In this document: piece by piece, positions 32,584 to 42,445 of the stretch
How the letters are laid out: each line of letters starts with the position of its first letter
Numbering within the stretch: the first letter of the stretch is position 1
Source: a virus
Strand: one strand, 5' to 3'
DNA: 56,135 nucleotides
Virus record (IMG/VR): IMGVR_UViG_3300045988_130618
Location: 1 to 56,135 of that record
Translations under genes and position numbers: made by a program
Notes under the pieces: model-generated
What the model saw: the letters and a program-made list of their open reading frames with translations, nothing else
Told to the model about the DNA's origin: nothing
Database searches by the model: none

Positions 32584-34573
32584 TAGATATAGTCACCTCC
32601 TCAACGCTTGCAAACTGTGTAAAGTCTAATTCTACACTTGACATTCTACCACTATCAATAGATTCTTCTGTTCCATTATAAATATAGTCAGTCTTGAGTT
32701 CATACTTTGTATCTGTAAGAACATAATTCTTATTATAAGTATACAAGTTAGCTTTTGATACGTCAATATTATAAAATTTAATTGTTTTATCAAAACTGAT
32801 ACTATCCTTTGCACCTGCAAATACAAGTCCACCAGATAATGTGAATGGACTAACTGTTTCTACAATACCTCTTGATGTAGGAATTTGAGTTTTAACAGAT
32901 AATATATCTTTAAATGTATTAACTGTGATACCACCTGATAAGCTGAAAGCTGGAACTTGTTCTGCAATATTGATAGTTCCATCCCAAGCTGTACCGCCTG
33001 CAAGTCCTTTAGCAAAACAAATTGCTTTAATTCCGTATTTAGGAATATTCAAAGTTGGTATAGTTGTATCAATAGCAGTATCTTCATATTTTGTAGTTTT
33101 AATATAATTCTCGAAAGATATTATTTTAGCTGTATGCTGTCTTTCTATACTTTCAACATATTCTGTATTTATAGAAACTGTTAATGTCAATCTGCCATTT
33201 TCATCCATAGTCATATAGTTGGTAAGTGTTATTTCATTATCACCTTTATGATGATAACTTCTTATAGAATCTCTATCAACTATGGCTCCATCCTTATAGT
33301 AATCAACTCTCACATATCCATCTGAATCTAATGTGAAAGGTATAGTTGCAATAAAAATAACATCTGCTTGTGATGTAGCGGCTAAGTTAAATTTAATAAT
33401 CATTTTTTTAGTAGAAGATGTATTAAATTCTTCCTCATTTGTAAATGTATAAGCATAGAAATTATTCTTATATAACGTATTAATATCTTTGCTATTATCA
33501 TAAATGACTATAGAATTATCGGATGTATCTCTTGTATATATTTCTGCACCCTTTGATTGTAAATCGTCTGTCATTTCTTCAAATCCACCTATGTCAAGGT
33601 CTCTTTGAAGTATATAAGAATATATTAGTTCTCCTTCATAACCAGAGGTCACAATGAAGTCACCTGTTTCTAAACAAGGATTTCCTCTTATTTTTAAATC
33701 AATAGGACTGAATGTAACATGTGCTATCTTATCAAAAATATTAGAACATAAAGTAGTTAATGTATCTTTATTTTCTCCAACCTGTAAAACTTGTAAAGAA
33801 ATTGGATAGCTGTTATCTCCATCACCATAATAAAAATCAGCATCAACATCTGTCTGTGTTAATTTAATCTGGTTAATGTCGTGGGTAACATAATCCTCAT
33901 AAGATATATCTTTTCTAATATTTGCTTCTACCTGGATGGCTTTATCTTTATCAGCTGTAATAAATATATAATCAAACAATCCATCTCTGTTAATTTTTCC
34001 AAAACATCCATTGATAGCACATATATCGGATAGTACATAGCTTCCATATACATTAGAGGCATAAGTACTTTGATATATATAAGCATTATCATTAGGTAGT
34101 TCTATATCTACTTGTTCTACACCTTCAAATTGTTCAAAAAAGGAATCCCTTAATTTTTTAATTGTAATTGGAAAAACAATATGATTATACCAAGTAGTCA
34201 TATTTTTATTTCTCATAGTATAAAGCATATCATATGCTGTTATATCTCTATACTTTTTATCAGAAGCTGGGGTATCTGACTCCACTTTAAATGTACCTAA
34301 TGGCATTTTTAAAGTGGAATCATTATTAAGTATTTGATATGCTTTTATTGTTTTTCCTTTTAATTTGGTGTGGCGGTTATTCATTCTAAATTTAATATAA
34401 CTAGATTCACAACCACCCCACCTTAAATTATCCTGTGAACAGATGCTTTCATATAAGGAGAAATTATCCTGATGTAAGTCATTATTAGATAATGTATCAT
34501 CACCTATTTCTATGATTATATTCTTTTTTACATCATCCTTTTTATAAAGGGAAAATAATTCTTCTTTAATCAT
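32576..34573 (-). CDS. Tail tip / Tal-like (prophage tail endopeptidase family-like) protein
   Basis: 665-aa ORF in the second position after the tape measure, which is the canonical siphovirus order. Confidence 0.5.
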   Translation of the reverse strand: MIKEELFSLYKKDDVKKNIIIEIGDDTLSNNDLHQDNFSLYESICSQDNLRWGGCESSYIKFRMNNRHTKLKGKTIKAYQILNNDSTLKMPLGTFKVESDTPASDKKYRDITAYDMLYTMRNKNMTTWYNHIVFPITIKKLRDSFFEQFEGVEQVDIELPNDNAYIYQSTYASNVYGSYVLSDICAINGCFGKINRDGLFDYIFITADKDKAIQVEANIRKDISYEDYVTHDINQIKLTQTDVDADFYYGDGDNSYPISLQVLQVGENKDTLTTLCSNIFDKIAHVTFSPIDLKIRGNPCLETGDFIVTSGYEGELIYSYILQRDLDIGGFEEMTDDLQSKGAEIYTRDTSDNSIVIYDNSKDINTLYKNNFYAYTFTNEEEFNTSSTKKMIIKFNLAATSQADVIFIATIPFTLDSDGYVRVDYYKDGAIVDRDSIRSYHHKGDNEITLTNYMTMDENGRLTLTVSINTEYVESIERQHTAKIISFENYIKTTKYEDTAIDTTIPTLNIPKYGIKAICFAKGLAGGTAWDGTINIAEQVPAFSLSGGITVNTFKDILSVKTQIPTSRGIVETVSPFTLSGGLVFAGAKDSISFDKTIKFYNIDVSKANLYTYNKNYVLTDTKYELKTDYIYNGTEESIDSGRMSSVELDFTQFASVEEVTISNV

Positions 34574-34580
34574 ACTAACC

Positions 34581-34940
34581 TCACATTTGTTCTATTGATA
34601 TATCTATTATACTATATATCTTCCCAGATGTTAAATCTTTTTTTATCACTGGATAAAAATCCATATATGTTGTTATTTCCTTTGCTTGTGCTAAATTATT
34701 AACATGTACCTTCATTGTATATGTCTTATCAGTCTTAACAGACTGTATATCTGTTAGAAATTTGTTATAAGCGGATTCAGTGAGTTTAAGATGTAATGTA
34801 CCTTGTATATATGTTCGTGTAACATCTTTGTGCAATTTTCCATTTCCATCAGTCCAGCTATTATACTCATTATATTCATTAATATCATATTCATTAACAA
34901 GATATCTACTATAATCAGTCTTATTAATTTCTACAAGCAT
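34581..34940 (-). CDS. Distal-tail-position protein (short)
   Basis: 119-aa ORF immediately after the tape measure. Confidence 0.35.
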   Translation of the reverse strand: MLVEINKTDYSRYLVNEYDINEYNEYNSWTDGNGKLHKDVTRTYIQGTLHLKLTESAYNKFLTDIQSVKTDKTYTMKVHVNNLAQAKEITTYMDFYPVIKKDLTSGKIYSIIDISIEQM

Positions 34941-37303
34941 TATAAACCACCTCTTCCATTAGATTTCTTAATATTATCATTTTCTGTTTTAACTAACCTG
35001 AATACGCCTTTAGCATCACCCTCCAATACAACATTAACATTGACATCCGAACCTTCTGAAATAGCTTGATAGCTTCTATTCATATCAGCTTGCATATCAC
35101 TATTTAATTTTGCTTGTAAAGTATTATATCCATTAGTTAAATCAGAAGTAATTTGTTGCATTGGGTCATTTTCAGTAAAACCTACACCAACACCTTCTGC
35201 TATATATCTACCTACTTGGTCTTTCATAACTCTTGATGGAGAATGTATACCAAAGAAGTCTTTTATTCCATCTAATACAGTACTTCCAAAACCTCTAACT
35301 TTATCCACAATCCAACCTGTCATATCACTAATACCATTCCATAAACCTTCAATAAGATTAGAACCTATATCATATAATGCGGAGAATCCATTTTCAAATG
35401 GAGATGTTATAGCATTTAATAAATCCTCACCTATACCACCAATAAAACTAAACATTGCTTCAATACCATCACCTAATAAAGTTATTAATTTTCCACCTAA
35501 GCTAATCCAATTAAAAGCTAATAAAGAGCTTACAATAGCTTCTATAATTTGGGGTATATTAGCAATAAGTGTAGGTATACAAGATATAATACCTGATATT
35601 AATTTTAATAATAAGCTAAAACCCATAGCAATTATAGTAGGAAAATTGTCATTAATAATATTAGCAAATGTAGTTATAATTTTTGGAACTTTTTCTATAA
35701 GTATTGGCAAACAAGATATAATTCCTTCAACTAATTGATTAAGCATACCAAAACCAGTTTGAATTATATCGGGAGCTTTTGAAGCTATGGTATCTGCAAA
35801 ATTCTGTACAAAATCTAAAATAGTAGGTACAGTTTCAGGTATTTTTTCTATAAATCCATCTAGTATATACCAAAGTAAATTTGCACCACTTTCTAATAAG
35901 GTAGGTCCTATTTCTATTAGAGTTTGCACCATATAATCCAATAATGATACTAACGTATCCCATATTTGTGGAAGACTTGATGTTAAACCTAATATTATGG
36001 ATTGAATCATATCCACACCTGACTGAATAAACTGTGGAAGTATATCATTGATAATCGTAGGTATTTCATTAAGTATAACTGGTAATAATGATGTGATAAG
36101 TGTTCCAACACCTTGTAGAGCTATCTCTATCCTAGGTATTATATTAGAAACAGTTGCAGTTGTAGATTCTACAAATTCATCCATTAATTGCTGGAAGTCG
36201 GCATCATCCCTAGCCATACCTGTGACAAGATTAGTCCAAGAGGATTTCATCATATTAACAGAACCTTCAATAGTTGTAGCGGCTTCTCTTGCGGATGTTC
36301 CTGTTATATCAAGTCTTTCTTGTGTTATATGAATAGCTTCAATAATTTGGTCAAATGTTACTTTTTCATTTAAGTTCTTAGCAGTTAAATCATCAGCGGC
36401 ATCACCTAATACACCAGAGTCTTTAACAAGTCTAGCCATTTCTGAAGCAGTGCCACCATAACCAAGTTTCAAGTTATCCAGCATTGTATAATTTTGCTTA
36501 GCAAAACCTTGATAAGCATATTGAATGGATTCCATAGAAGTACCCATTTTATTAGCATTATCAGACATATCTATGATAGCCTTATTAGCTAACTCTGTAG
36601 CTTTATCCGTATCACCCTCCAAACCTTGTAACAAAGAAGCGGCAAAAGATGTAGCTGTTTCCATATAATCATTAGCGGATAACTGAGCTGTTTTATATGC
36701 TACACTAGCATAGTCTTGTAATTTCTGTGAAGAATCTTTAAATAATGTATCAATACCACCTACTAACTGTTCATAAGAGGAATAACTTGATACCGCCGCA
36801 CCTACAAGTCCAGTCACAGCAGATGCCGCCGCACCTACACCTACAACAACACCTTTAAAAGTTGCTGAACCTATTTTCTTAGCAGTTGAACCTACTTTAC
36901 TTCCAAAGGATTCTACTTTTTTAGCAGAATCCTGTGATTTATTTCCAACATCTTCTGTGGATTTACTTACCTTTTTATTAGCAGTATCTAAATTCTCAGA
37001 ACTTTTCTTAGCTTTTTCTGTAGAGTTTGCAACTTGTTCAGTAGCAGTTTTTACATTGTTTAAATTAGATGCTTCTTTATTTAAAGAGGAAGCAGTTGTA
37101 TCTGCTTGTGCTTTAACTTTAGCTGTGGCAGTGTTTAACTTCTCCTGTGCGGATGTGACCTGTTGAGTGCTTTTAGTTGTATCATTAAAGGACTTAGCTA
37201 TATCTTTTCCAGCTTCTGTAGCTGTTTTTTTAGCTTTCTCTAATCCTTCTTTTAATCCTTTATCATCCAGGTCTGTTTGAATAGTTACTTTTCCATCTGC
37301 CAA
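34940..37303 (-). CDS. Tail tape measure protein
   Basis: 787 aa with an N-terminal coiled coil (TKSTQQVTSAQEKLNTATAKVKA...) and a long hydrophobic Gly/Ile-rich repeated central region. Sits after the chaperone genes. Confidence 0.85.
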   Translation of the reverse strand: MADGKVTIQTDLDDKGLKEGLEKAKKTATEAGKDIAKSFNDTTKSTQQVTSAQEKLNTATAKVKAQADTTASSLNKEASNLNNVKTATEQVANSTEKAKKSSENLDTANKKVSKSTEDVGNKSQDSAKKVESFGSKVGSTAKKIGSATFKGVVVGVGAAASAVTGLVGAAVSSYSSYEQLVGGIDTLFKDSSQKLQDYASVAYKTAQLSANDYMETATSFAASLLQGLEGDTDKATELANKAIIDMSDNANKMGTSMESIQYAYQGFAKQNYTMLDNLKLGYGGTASEMARLVKDSGVLGDAADDLTAKNLNEKVTFDQIIEAIHITQERLDITGTSAREAATTIEGSVNMMKSSWTNLVTGMARDDADFQQLMDEFVESTTATVSNIIPRIEIALQGVGTLITSLLPVILNEIPTIINDILPQFIQSGVDMIQSIILGLTSSLPQIWDTLVSLLDYMVQTLIEIGPTLLESGANLLWYILDGFIEKIPETVPTILDFVQNFADTIASKAPDIIQTGFGMLNQLVEGIISCLPILIEKVPKIITTFANIINDNFPTIIAMGFSLLLKLISGIISCIPTLIANIPQIIEAIVSSLLAFNWISLGGKLITLLGDGIEAMFSFIGGIGEDLLNAITSPFENGFSALYDIGSNLIEGLWNGISDMTGWIVDKVRGFGSTVLDGIKDFFGIHSPSRVMKDQVGRYIAEGVGVGFTENDPMQQITSDLTNGYNTLQAKLNSDMQADMNRSYQAISEGSDVNVNVVLEGDAKGVFRLVKTENDNIKKSNGRGGL

Positions 37304-37318
37304 TTATATCACCACCTT

Positions 37319-37879
37319 TTATGTGTTATAAAATTCTGCATTAATATCATCCATTAATGCTTCATCTACTGTATTTAATGTTGTTGGTAGCTTCCATATA
37401 TGTTTTAATTTTCTACATTGTTCTTCGTAGCATGTATTATCTTTCTTATAACTTCTCATGGACATAATCTGTTTAATCTTAGTATCTTCAGGAAGTGACA
37501 TAAATAACGCTTTAAACATATGCCAATGCATATCACAAGAAGTTAAATCAATACCATAAGCCTGCATAAAAGAACCTACAATATATTCACCATCCTGTAT
37601 ATAGTCTAAAATAACTTCAGAATCCTGTGTACTATCATTTGGAGTACTGTTAATATTCTTATAAAATCCTATTAACTGTGAAATAAATTCATCCATATGT
37701 TGTGTTAATTCTAAAGCTGTTATATCCTTTATGACAAATCCCATATCATATAATGTGCAATTATCTTTCTTTAATCGTTCACCAAATTCAAGCCATTCTC
37801 TAAAATCTGTATCTAAAAAATAAGACTTGCCTGCCACTATGATGTGGTCTGGCAAGCCTTTAACCCTTAAATCAATCAT
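37319..37879 (-). CDS. Phage Gp15-family protein (tail assembly chaperone position)
   Basis: LPDHIIVAGKSYFLDTDFREWLEF matches the Gp15 family N-terminus. Confidence 0.55.
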   Translation of the reverse strand: MIDLRVKGLPDHIIVAGKSYFLDTDFREWLEFGERLKKDNCTLYDMGFVIKDITALELTQHMDEFISQLIGFYKNINSTPNDSTQDSEVILDYIQDGEYIVGSFMQAYGIDLTSCDMHWHMFKALFMSLPEDTKIKQIMSMRSYKKDNTCYEEQCRKLKHIWKLPTTLNTVDEALMDDINAEFYNT

Positions 37880-38253
37880 TATTTAATCACCTTAAGATTC
37901 TTTGCTTTATCCATAGCTGATAACACCTGCATAATCTTATCAAGCTGTTCATTGTTAAGTGCTATAGATGCTTCTTCCTGATTAAAATCTGAAACTGGCT
38001 TGTTATAAGCTCTAACGATTGAAAGATATATAATATTTAATACATTAGGGTCTGTGGACTGAAAATCACCTATAACAGATTTAATATCATCTCCTATAAG
38101 CTCACATATTAAGTCATACATTCCCTTACACTTATCACGAAACCTGCTATTTCCTGTGTTAAGCTGTTCCTGTTTTTCTATCTTATCTGCAATACCGAAA
38201 GTATAAGCAGGAAGATAATAAGTATCACCTAAATAATTAATTGAATATTCCAT
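37879..38253 (-). CDS. Tail assembly chaperone candidate
   Basis: 124-aa ORF between the major tail protein and the Gp15-like/tape measure genes. Confidence 0.45.
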   Translation of the reverse strand: MEYSINYLGDTYYLPAYTFGIADKIEKQEQLNTGNSRFRDKCKGMYDLICELIGDDIKSVIGDFQSTDPNVLNIIYLSIVRAYNKPVSDFNQEEASIALNNEQLDKIMQVLSAMDKAKNLKVIK

Positions 38254-38275
38254 ATAAATGCCTCCTTGTTATATG

Positions 38276-38791
38276 TTAAATTTCTTTGTTACCGGCTGTA
38301 GAAGCTTCAGATACACTTGCTGTAAATGTTGGTGTACCTGATTCAATCGTATAAGTACCTTTTTCAATATCTCCACCCATTTTGATAGAAAATGTTATTT
38401 TTCCATCAACTGTATTAAGTACCTTTGATGTGATTGTAGCCATACATCTCCAAGCTTTTTTACCTTTTCCACCAAAGCACATTAAGAATGGAACCTTAAC
38501 ATCTGCTCCAGTAGGGAGATTATAGAGCTGTTCAAACATAAAGTCATAAATAGGATTGCCTTCATAGCAAGCAATTTCCTGTGGAAGTTCTGGCTTGTTA
38601 GAATTGATTTCTGTTACAGCATTTTCATAACAGATATAATCCATATCCTCTTCAACTTCTCCTACTGTAAGTTCAAAGATAGTAGAATAATCAATTCTTT
38701 TCCAAGTATTCGCTGCAAATGTGCTATCTTTAGCGGTATCTAAGAATGGAATATACTGATTTCTTGTAAGTTTAGTCATAGCATCTGCCAT
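38276..38791 (-). CDS. Major tail protein
   Basis: 171-aa ORF at the canonical position, with a strong RBS and a beta-rich sequence. Confidence 0.55.
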   Translation of the reverse strand: MADAMTKLTRNQYIPFLDTAKDSTFAANTWKRIDYSTIFELTVGEVEEDMDYICYENAVTEINSNKPELPQEIACYEGNPIYDFMFEQLYNLPTGADVKVPFLMCFGGKGKKAWRCMATITSKVLNTVDGKITFSIKMGGDIEKGTYTIESGTPTFTASVSEASTAGNKEI

Positions 38792-38794
38792 TGC

Positions 38795-39232
38795 TTAATC
38801 ACCTTTCCTTTCTAAATATTCTATATAAAATTGTCCTTCATATCTTGCAACCTGTGTATTATTTTCTGTAATATATACTTCAGGTGCTTTATATGTAGAA
38901 CCTATTTCATTAACAACATAGTTATCTAAATCAGGATATTCTCCTGCATTATTTTTCATTTCTACAAATCTTGTTATATTATCAAATGCATTAATAGCTT
39001 CTAAGTTTAAATCACTTGTTCCACCTGCATCATATTCCTGCACAAGATTTATATTAAATAATAGATGTACTTCTTTACTTCCATCTAAATAAGTGTTTAA
39101 GATTGTACTGGCGGCATTAGAAGTTACAGAAGATGTATCTGGTTCCAATGGAATTACATTAAAATATACATATGAACCAATCTCCGGACATTCTTTAAGC
39201 CAATCTGAAATTCTTTCATATATGTTCATCAC
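38795..39232 (-). CDS. Tail completion / head-tail joining protein
   Basis: Position in the head-tail connector module. Confidence 0.4.
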   Translation of the reverse strand: MMNIYERISDWLKECPEIGSYVYFNVIPLEPDTSSVTSNAASTILNTYLDGSKEVHLLFNINLVQEYDAGGTSDLNLEAINAFDNITRFVEMKNNAGEYPDLDNYVVNEIGSTYKAPEVYITENNTQVARYEGQFYIEYLERKGD

Positions 39233-39588
39233 ATCCTCCTTATAAACTCACTAACACTATCAGCTATAATATCTGCATAATCACGTTCTGCCGCTTTTTC
39301 CCAATGTGATTGAGCTAATGGATGCTTTTCCTTATTATAGTTCAAAGGATTTCCATTCTTGCTTATGTCATTCCATTGATAGTGCGAATATATCTGATTA
39401 TATGATACTTCAAAGGGTTTGGTCGTATAGCTTTGACTTAATGTACCAGTATCCATAGGGACATATTTTCTAAATATCTTTCCCCATTCTTCTGCTAAAA
39501 ATTGTCCTACCTTATCATCTTTGCAAAATCTCTTTGTTATAGTATCAGGAGTTTTCATTTTAACAGTTGATGTAGCAGTTATCTTCAT
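39229..39588 (-). CDS. Head-tail joining (minor capsid / HK97 gp10-like position) protein
   Basis: FLAEEWGKIFRKYVPMDTGTLSQS motif typical of this family. Confidence 0.45.
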   Translation of the reverse strand: MKITATSTVKMKTPDTITKRFCKDDKVGQFLAEEWGKIFRKYVPMDTGTLSQSYTTKPFEVSYNQIYSHYQWNDISKNGNPLNYNKEKHPLAQSHWEKAAERDYADIIADSVSEFIRRM

Positions 39589-39995
39589 TATATACCACCA
39601 ACCCTAAATTCAAAATTAACCATAGGTCTTTGTTGCACTTGTTCAATACTTCTTATTTCACAAGTATTAGGTTCATACAAGTTCCTTATAGATATGATAT
39701 TATTAGCTGTAACATCTTCAGTCACTATATCTAATATAATTATGTCCTGAGGAGACAATGTATAATAATTTGTCTTATCTTCTAATCCTTTCCAATCTTT
39801 ATATGCAAGGTATTTATTAGAAAAGGGAATGAGTATTGTGAACTCTTCTCCCATTGCAACAACATTATTATTAACATTAGATATTCTGTCTTTTTTATAT
39901 ACACAATTTTCTATATATGTTTTATACCATATGTCAAGTCCAGTAATGGAATCTTTCTTTTTTAATTTATTTAAAAGGGTTATTGTTCCTTGCAT
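39588..39995 (-). CDS. Head closure / head-tail adaptor candidate
   Basis: Position in the connector module. Start set at the ATG at 39995. Confidence 0.4.
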   Translation of the reverse strand: MQGTITLLNKLKKKDSITGLDIWYKTYIENCVYKKDRISNVNNNVVAMGEEFTILIPFSNKYLAYKDWKGLEDKTNYYTLSPQDIIILDIVTEDVTANNIISIRNLYEPNTCEIRSIEQVQQRPMVNFEFRVGGI

Positions 39996-40383
39996 AATCA
40001 ATATACCTTCCTCTATAAAAAAGTTGTGGATAAGCACTTAAATATTGCATAGCTATTTCCTTAAATCTATTCAATATCTGTCCTTCTAAATCCACATTAT
40101 TTTCACTGGATGTATTAACATATCCAAATGTTTCTATTCCATTACTGTAACTTGATAAACTTGTATCTCTTTCATTGTTTACATTCTGTAATATATTAAT
40201 AAGTTTGACTTCTAACTTCTTGACTGCTTCTGGAATTGTTTCCAATTCTTTTAAACAAGCTGATAAATTATTACTTGTTATATAGTCAAGTTTGGATTCT
40301 ACTTCAAATTGTAAGTTAGGAAATGCACTTTCTGTACACTTCCCACCTAACGCTTGATATTCTTCAAATGTTAAATAACTCAT
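39967..40383 (-). CDS. Head-tail connector (gp6-like) candidate
   Basis: MSYLTFEEYQALGG N-terminus typical of gp6-like connectors. Start set at the ATG at 40383, which has proper GGAG spacing. Confidence 0.45.
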   Translation of the reverse strand: MSYLTFEEYQALGGKCTESAFPNLQFEVESKLDYITSNNLSACLKELETIPEAVKKLEVKLINILQNVNNERDTSLSSYSNGIETFGYVNTSSENNVDLEGQILNRFKEIAMQYLSAYPQLFYRGRYIDYARNNNPFK

Positions 40384-40402
40384 AAAGTGCATCTCCTTTC
40401 AC

Positions 40403-40570
40403 TTACTCAGAATCCTCGGCGGAGGCAACCTTAGAAACTGACTTCTTTCTATTATTAGTTGATGTAGAAGTCTTTTTCTTGACTTCTACACCTCCCATAT
40501 TAAGATATGCCTGATATACTTCAGGATTATCATTAACTAAGACATTACCATTAGGCATTAAAATCTCCAT
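40403..40570 (-). CDS. Small hypothetical protein (55 aa, not in the ORF track)
   Basis: ATG at 40570 follows a GGAGGATTATT RBS. Translation starts MEILMPNGNVLVNDNPEVYQAYLNMGG. Confidence 0.45.
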   Translation of the reverse strand: MEILMPNGNVLVNDNPEVYQAYLNMGGVEVKKKTSTSTNNRKKSVSKVASAEDSE

Positions 40571-40585
40571 AATAATCCTCCTTAA

Positions 40586-41446
40586 TTATTCCTGATGTTC
40601 TCCATTATACCAGAATATTGTATCAGGTGTGACTGCCTTAGTGCCATAGTAGAAGAACATCTCAACTGCCATAGCCTCTGAAAGAGGGATTCTCTCAGCT
40701 GTATAAGGTACACTTCTAACTGGCTGTGCAATAGATTCATCCATCATAATTTCAAACTTGACACCTGATGGAAGTCTGTTAGAACTGAAACACTTAACAC
40801 CATGAAACATAACGAACTCTTCTGTTGTTGTGTCTACGTTAGTATTTACCACTGTATCAAGATACATTCTCATATCCGAATATGTCGTTGGGTCAAATGT
40901 GATAGACATCATAGACCTGTCAATTCCGTCAATATATTCATTCTTAGTTGTTTCAAGCTGTAATATAGCCGCTTCTACGATAGCTTCTATATTAGTTACA
41001 GTTGAAGCTGGCTTGAACTGTGTACCTGCTGTCTTACCTTCTGCAAAGAACTTTTCGTCAAGCTCTGCAATCATTCTCCTAGTGTGATTAGCACTTCTCT
41101 TAGCAATAAGTCCGTCAACACCTAAAAGACGAATATCCTTCTGCTGAATTTCTTCAACAAATTCCTTATCCTGGTCAATAGGAACTGTTACTGTCTTACC
41201 TTTTACGGCATCACCTTTATTAGCACTTCTAGCTGTTCCATAATCCTTAGATGTAGCATTAGCAAATCTCTTTGCTTCTACTGTACCTGCTAATGGGTCA
41301 CCTGATAAGTCTGTGTTCTTAATCTTAGTGCTGATAGTACCTTTCTGTACATTAGCAATTACACCATCATATGCTTCCTTTAAAAGCATCTTTCCTGTTG
41401 GGTCAAGTAATACATTTAAAGATTGAATTCTTGTTGTATCTGCCAT
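40586..41446 (-). CDS. Major capsid protein
   Basis: 286-aa ORF directly after the scaffold gene, in a highly expressed context with a strong RBS. Confidence 0.7.
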   Translation of the reverse strand: MADTTRIQSLNVLLDPTGKMLLKEAYDGVIANVQKGTISTKIKNTDLSGDPLAGTVEAKRFANATSKDYGTARSANKGDAVKGKTVTVPIDQDKEFVEEIQQKDIRLLGVDGLIAKRSANHTRRMIAELDEKFFAEGKTAGTQFKPASTVTNIEAIVEAAILQLETTKNEYIDGIDRSMMSITFDPTTYSDMRMYLDTVVNTNVDTTTEEFVMFHGVKCFSSNRLPSGVKFEIMMDESIAQPVRSVPYTAERIPLSEAMAVEMFFYYGTKAVTPDTIFWYNGEHQE

Positions 41447-41464
41447 TTTTTAAAATCTCCTTTT

Positions 41465-42112
41465 CTACCAGATTACTGGTGTATTATTATCATTAATATT
41501 TTCTTCTGGAGGCTGTCCATCAGATACCTTTCCTGAAGACTTACCACCGAACTGCGGCTTTGTATCTGGCTTTGGCTTATCTTCTTCCTGCTTAGCAAAT
41601 GCATCTGGGTCATTCTGTGTATAAGCACTTACAAAATCGTCAAAGCCTAAAATAACATCACCTTCCATTGGAAGATTCTTATTTAATGCCTGTGTTAAAA
41701 AGGCATTCTTTGCTGATTTACTTGAAAACTTTAAATCACCAACCTTTTCCTTAATAGCATACTCATAAGCCTGCTTATCAAGAGCTTTCTGATAGTCTGT
41801 CTTAGCATTGTCATACTTGGTCTGTAAGGTATCGAACTGTGTCTGCAAAGTATTAAGTTTCTCTGCATCAGCACCAGCATTCTTGAGCTTTTCCTGTAAA
41901 TCTTTCAGGTCTGTATCTCTCTGCTGAATGTCTGTGTCATACTTATTTTTATAAGTATCACGTTCACCTGTTACTTTTTCCAGCTTATCATTAAGACCTT
42001 TAACTTCTGCAATAGTCTTATAGTTTTCAACAACTGCCTTGTCAAATTCTTCTTTCTTGTCTGCTGGAACTTCAAGTCCAAAGGACTTTAAGATTTCATA
42101 AATGTTTTTCAT
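41465..42112 (-). CDS. Scaffolding protein (Phage GP20-like)
   Basis: MKNIYEILKSFGLEVPADKKEEFDKAV... plus a long coiled coil and a charged C-terminus. Confidence 0.7.
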   Translation of the reverse strand: MKNIYEILKSFGLEVPADKKEEFDKAVVENYKTIAEVKGLNDKLEKVTGERDTYKNKYDTDIQQRDTDLKDLQEKLKNAGADAEKLNTLQTQFDTLQTKYDNAKTDYQKALDKQAYEYAIKEKVGDLKFSSKSAKNAFLTQALNKNLPMEGDVILGFDDFVSAYTQNDPDAFAKQEEDKPKPDTKPQFGGKSSGKVSDGQPPEENINDNNTPVIW

Positions 42113-42190
42113 AGAATTTTTACCTCACTTTTTATAATCTAAAATTATTTTATAGTCCACTTTCTGGACTATGGATTATTTACATTCTAT

Positions 42191-42219
42191 ATTATACACA
42201 AGTTATCAACACTTGTAAA
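42191..42219 (-). promoter_or_regulatory. SigmaA-type promoter P11 for the scaffold-capsid operon (TTTACA-N17-TATAAT)
   Basis: Minus strand reads TTTACAagtgttgataacttgtgTATAAT. Two DnaA-box-like 9-mers overlap the -10 and the spacer. Confidence 0.55.
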
Positions 42220-42371
42220 GTAGTTATCAACAAGTTATACACAAAATTATCAACAATTTTGAGTTATCAACAATAATTGTGCATAACTTATACACATAAT
42301 ACACAAAGTTATCAACATAGTTAATAGTTATCAACAAATATATAAGTTATTCACATAAATTTTGTTGATAA
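42192..42371. promoter_or_regulatory. Array of 12 DnaA-box-like 9-mers (TTATNCACA / TTATCAACA) in 180 bp
   Basis: Perfect TTATNCACA at 42192, 42235, 42278 (inverted), 42288 and 42347. TTATCAACA at 42203, 42224, 42247, 42264, 42309, 42328 and 42363 (inverted). Confidence 0.8.
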
Positions 42372-42401
42372 CTTATTGGAAAAAGACTTGACATTTTCCA
42401 A

Positions 42402-42440
42402 TAAAAATATAAGTGCCTATCCCACTAAGAATAGGCACTT
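42402..42440 (-). terminator. Rho-independent terminator after the minor head protein gene
   Basis: aagtgcctat / ataggcactt gives a 10-bp stem with a 10-nt loop, then ATATTTTT on the minus strand. Confidence 0.65.
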
Positions 42441-42445
42441 TATTA

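Noticed and set aside
37879-38253. A programmed -1 frameshift between the two tail-chaperone-position ORFs
   Set aside because: The two ORFs meet at a simple TAATG stop/start overlap. The downstream ORF has its own ATG and a complete Gp15-like N-terminus. I saw no slippery heptamer near the end of the upstream ORF.
42389-42394. A plus-strand TTGACA next to the DnaA-box array as a divergent promoter
   Set aside because: No acceptable -10 lies at 16-18 nt. The hexamer is the loop part of a minus-strand hairpin (ATTGGAAAA...TTTTCCAAT).
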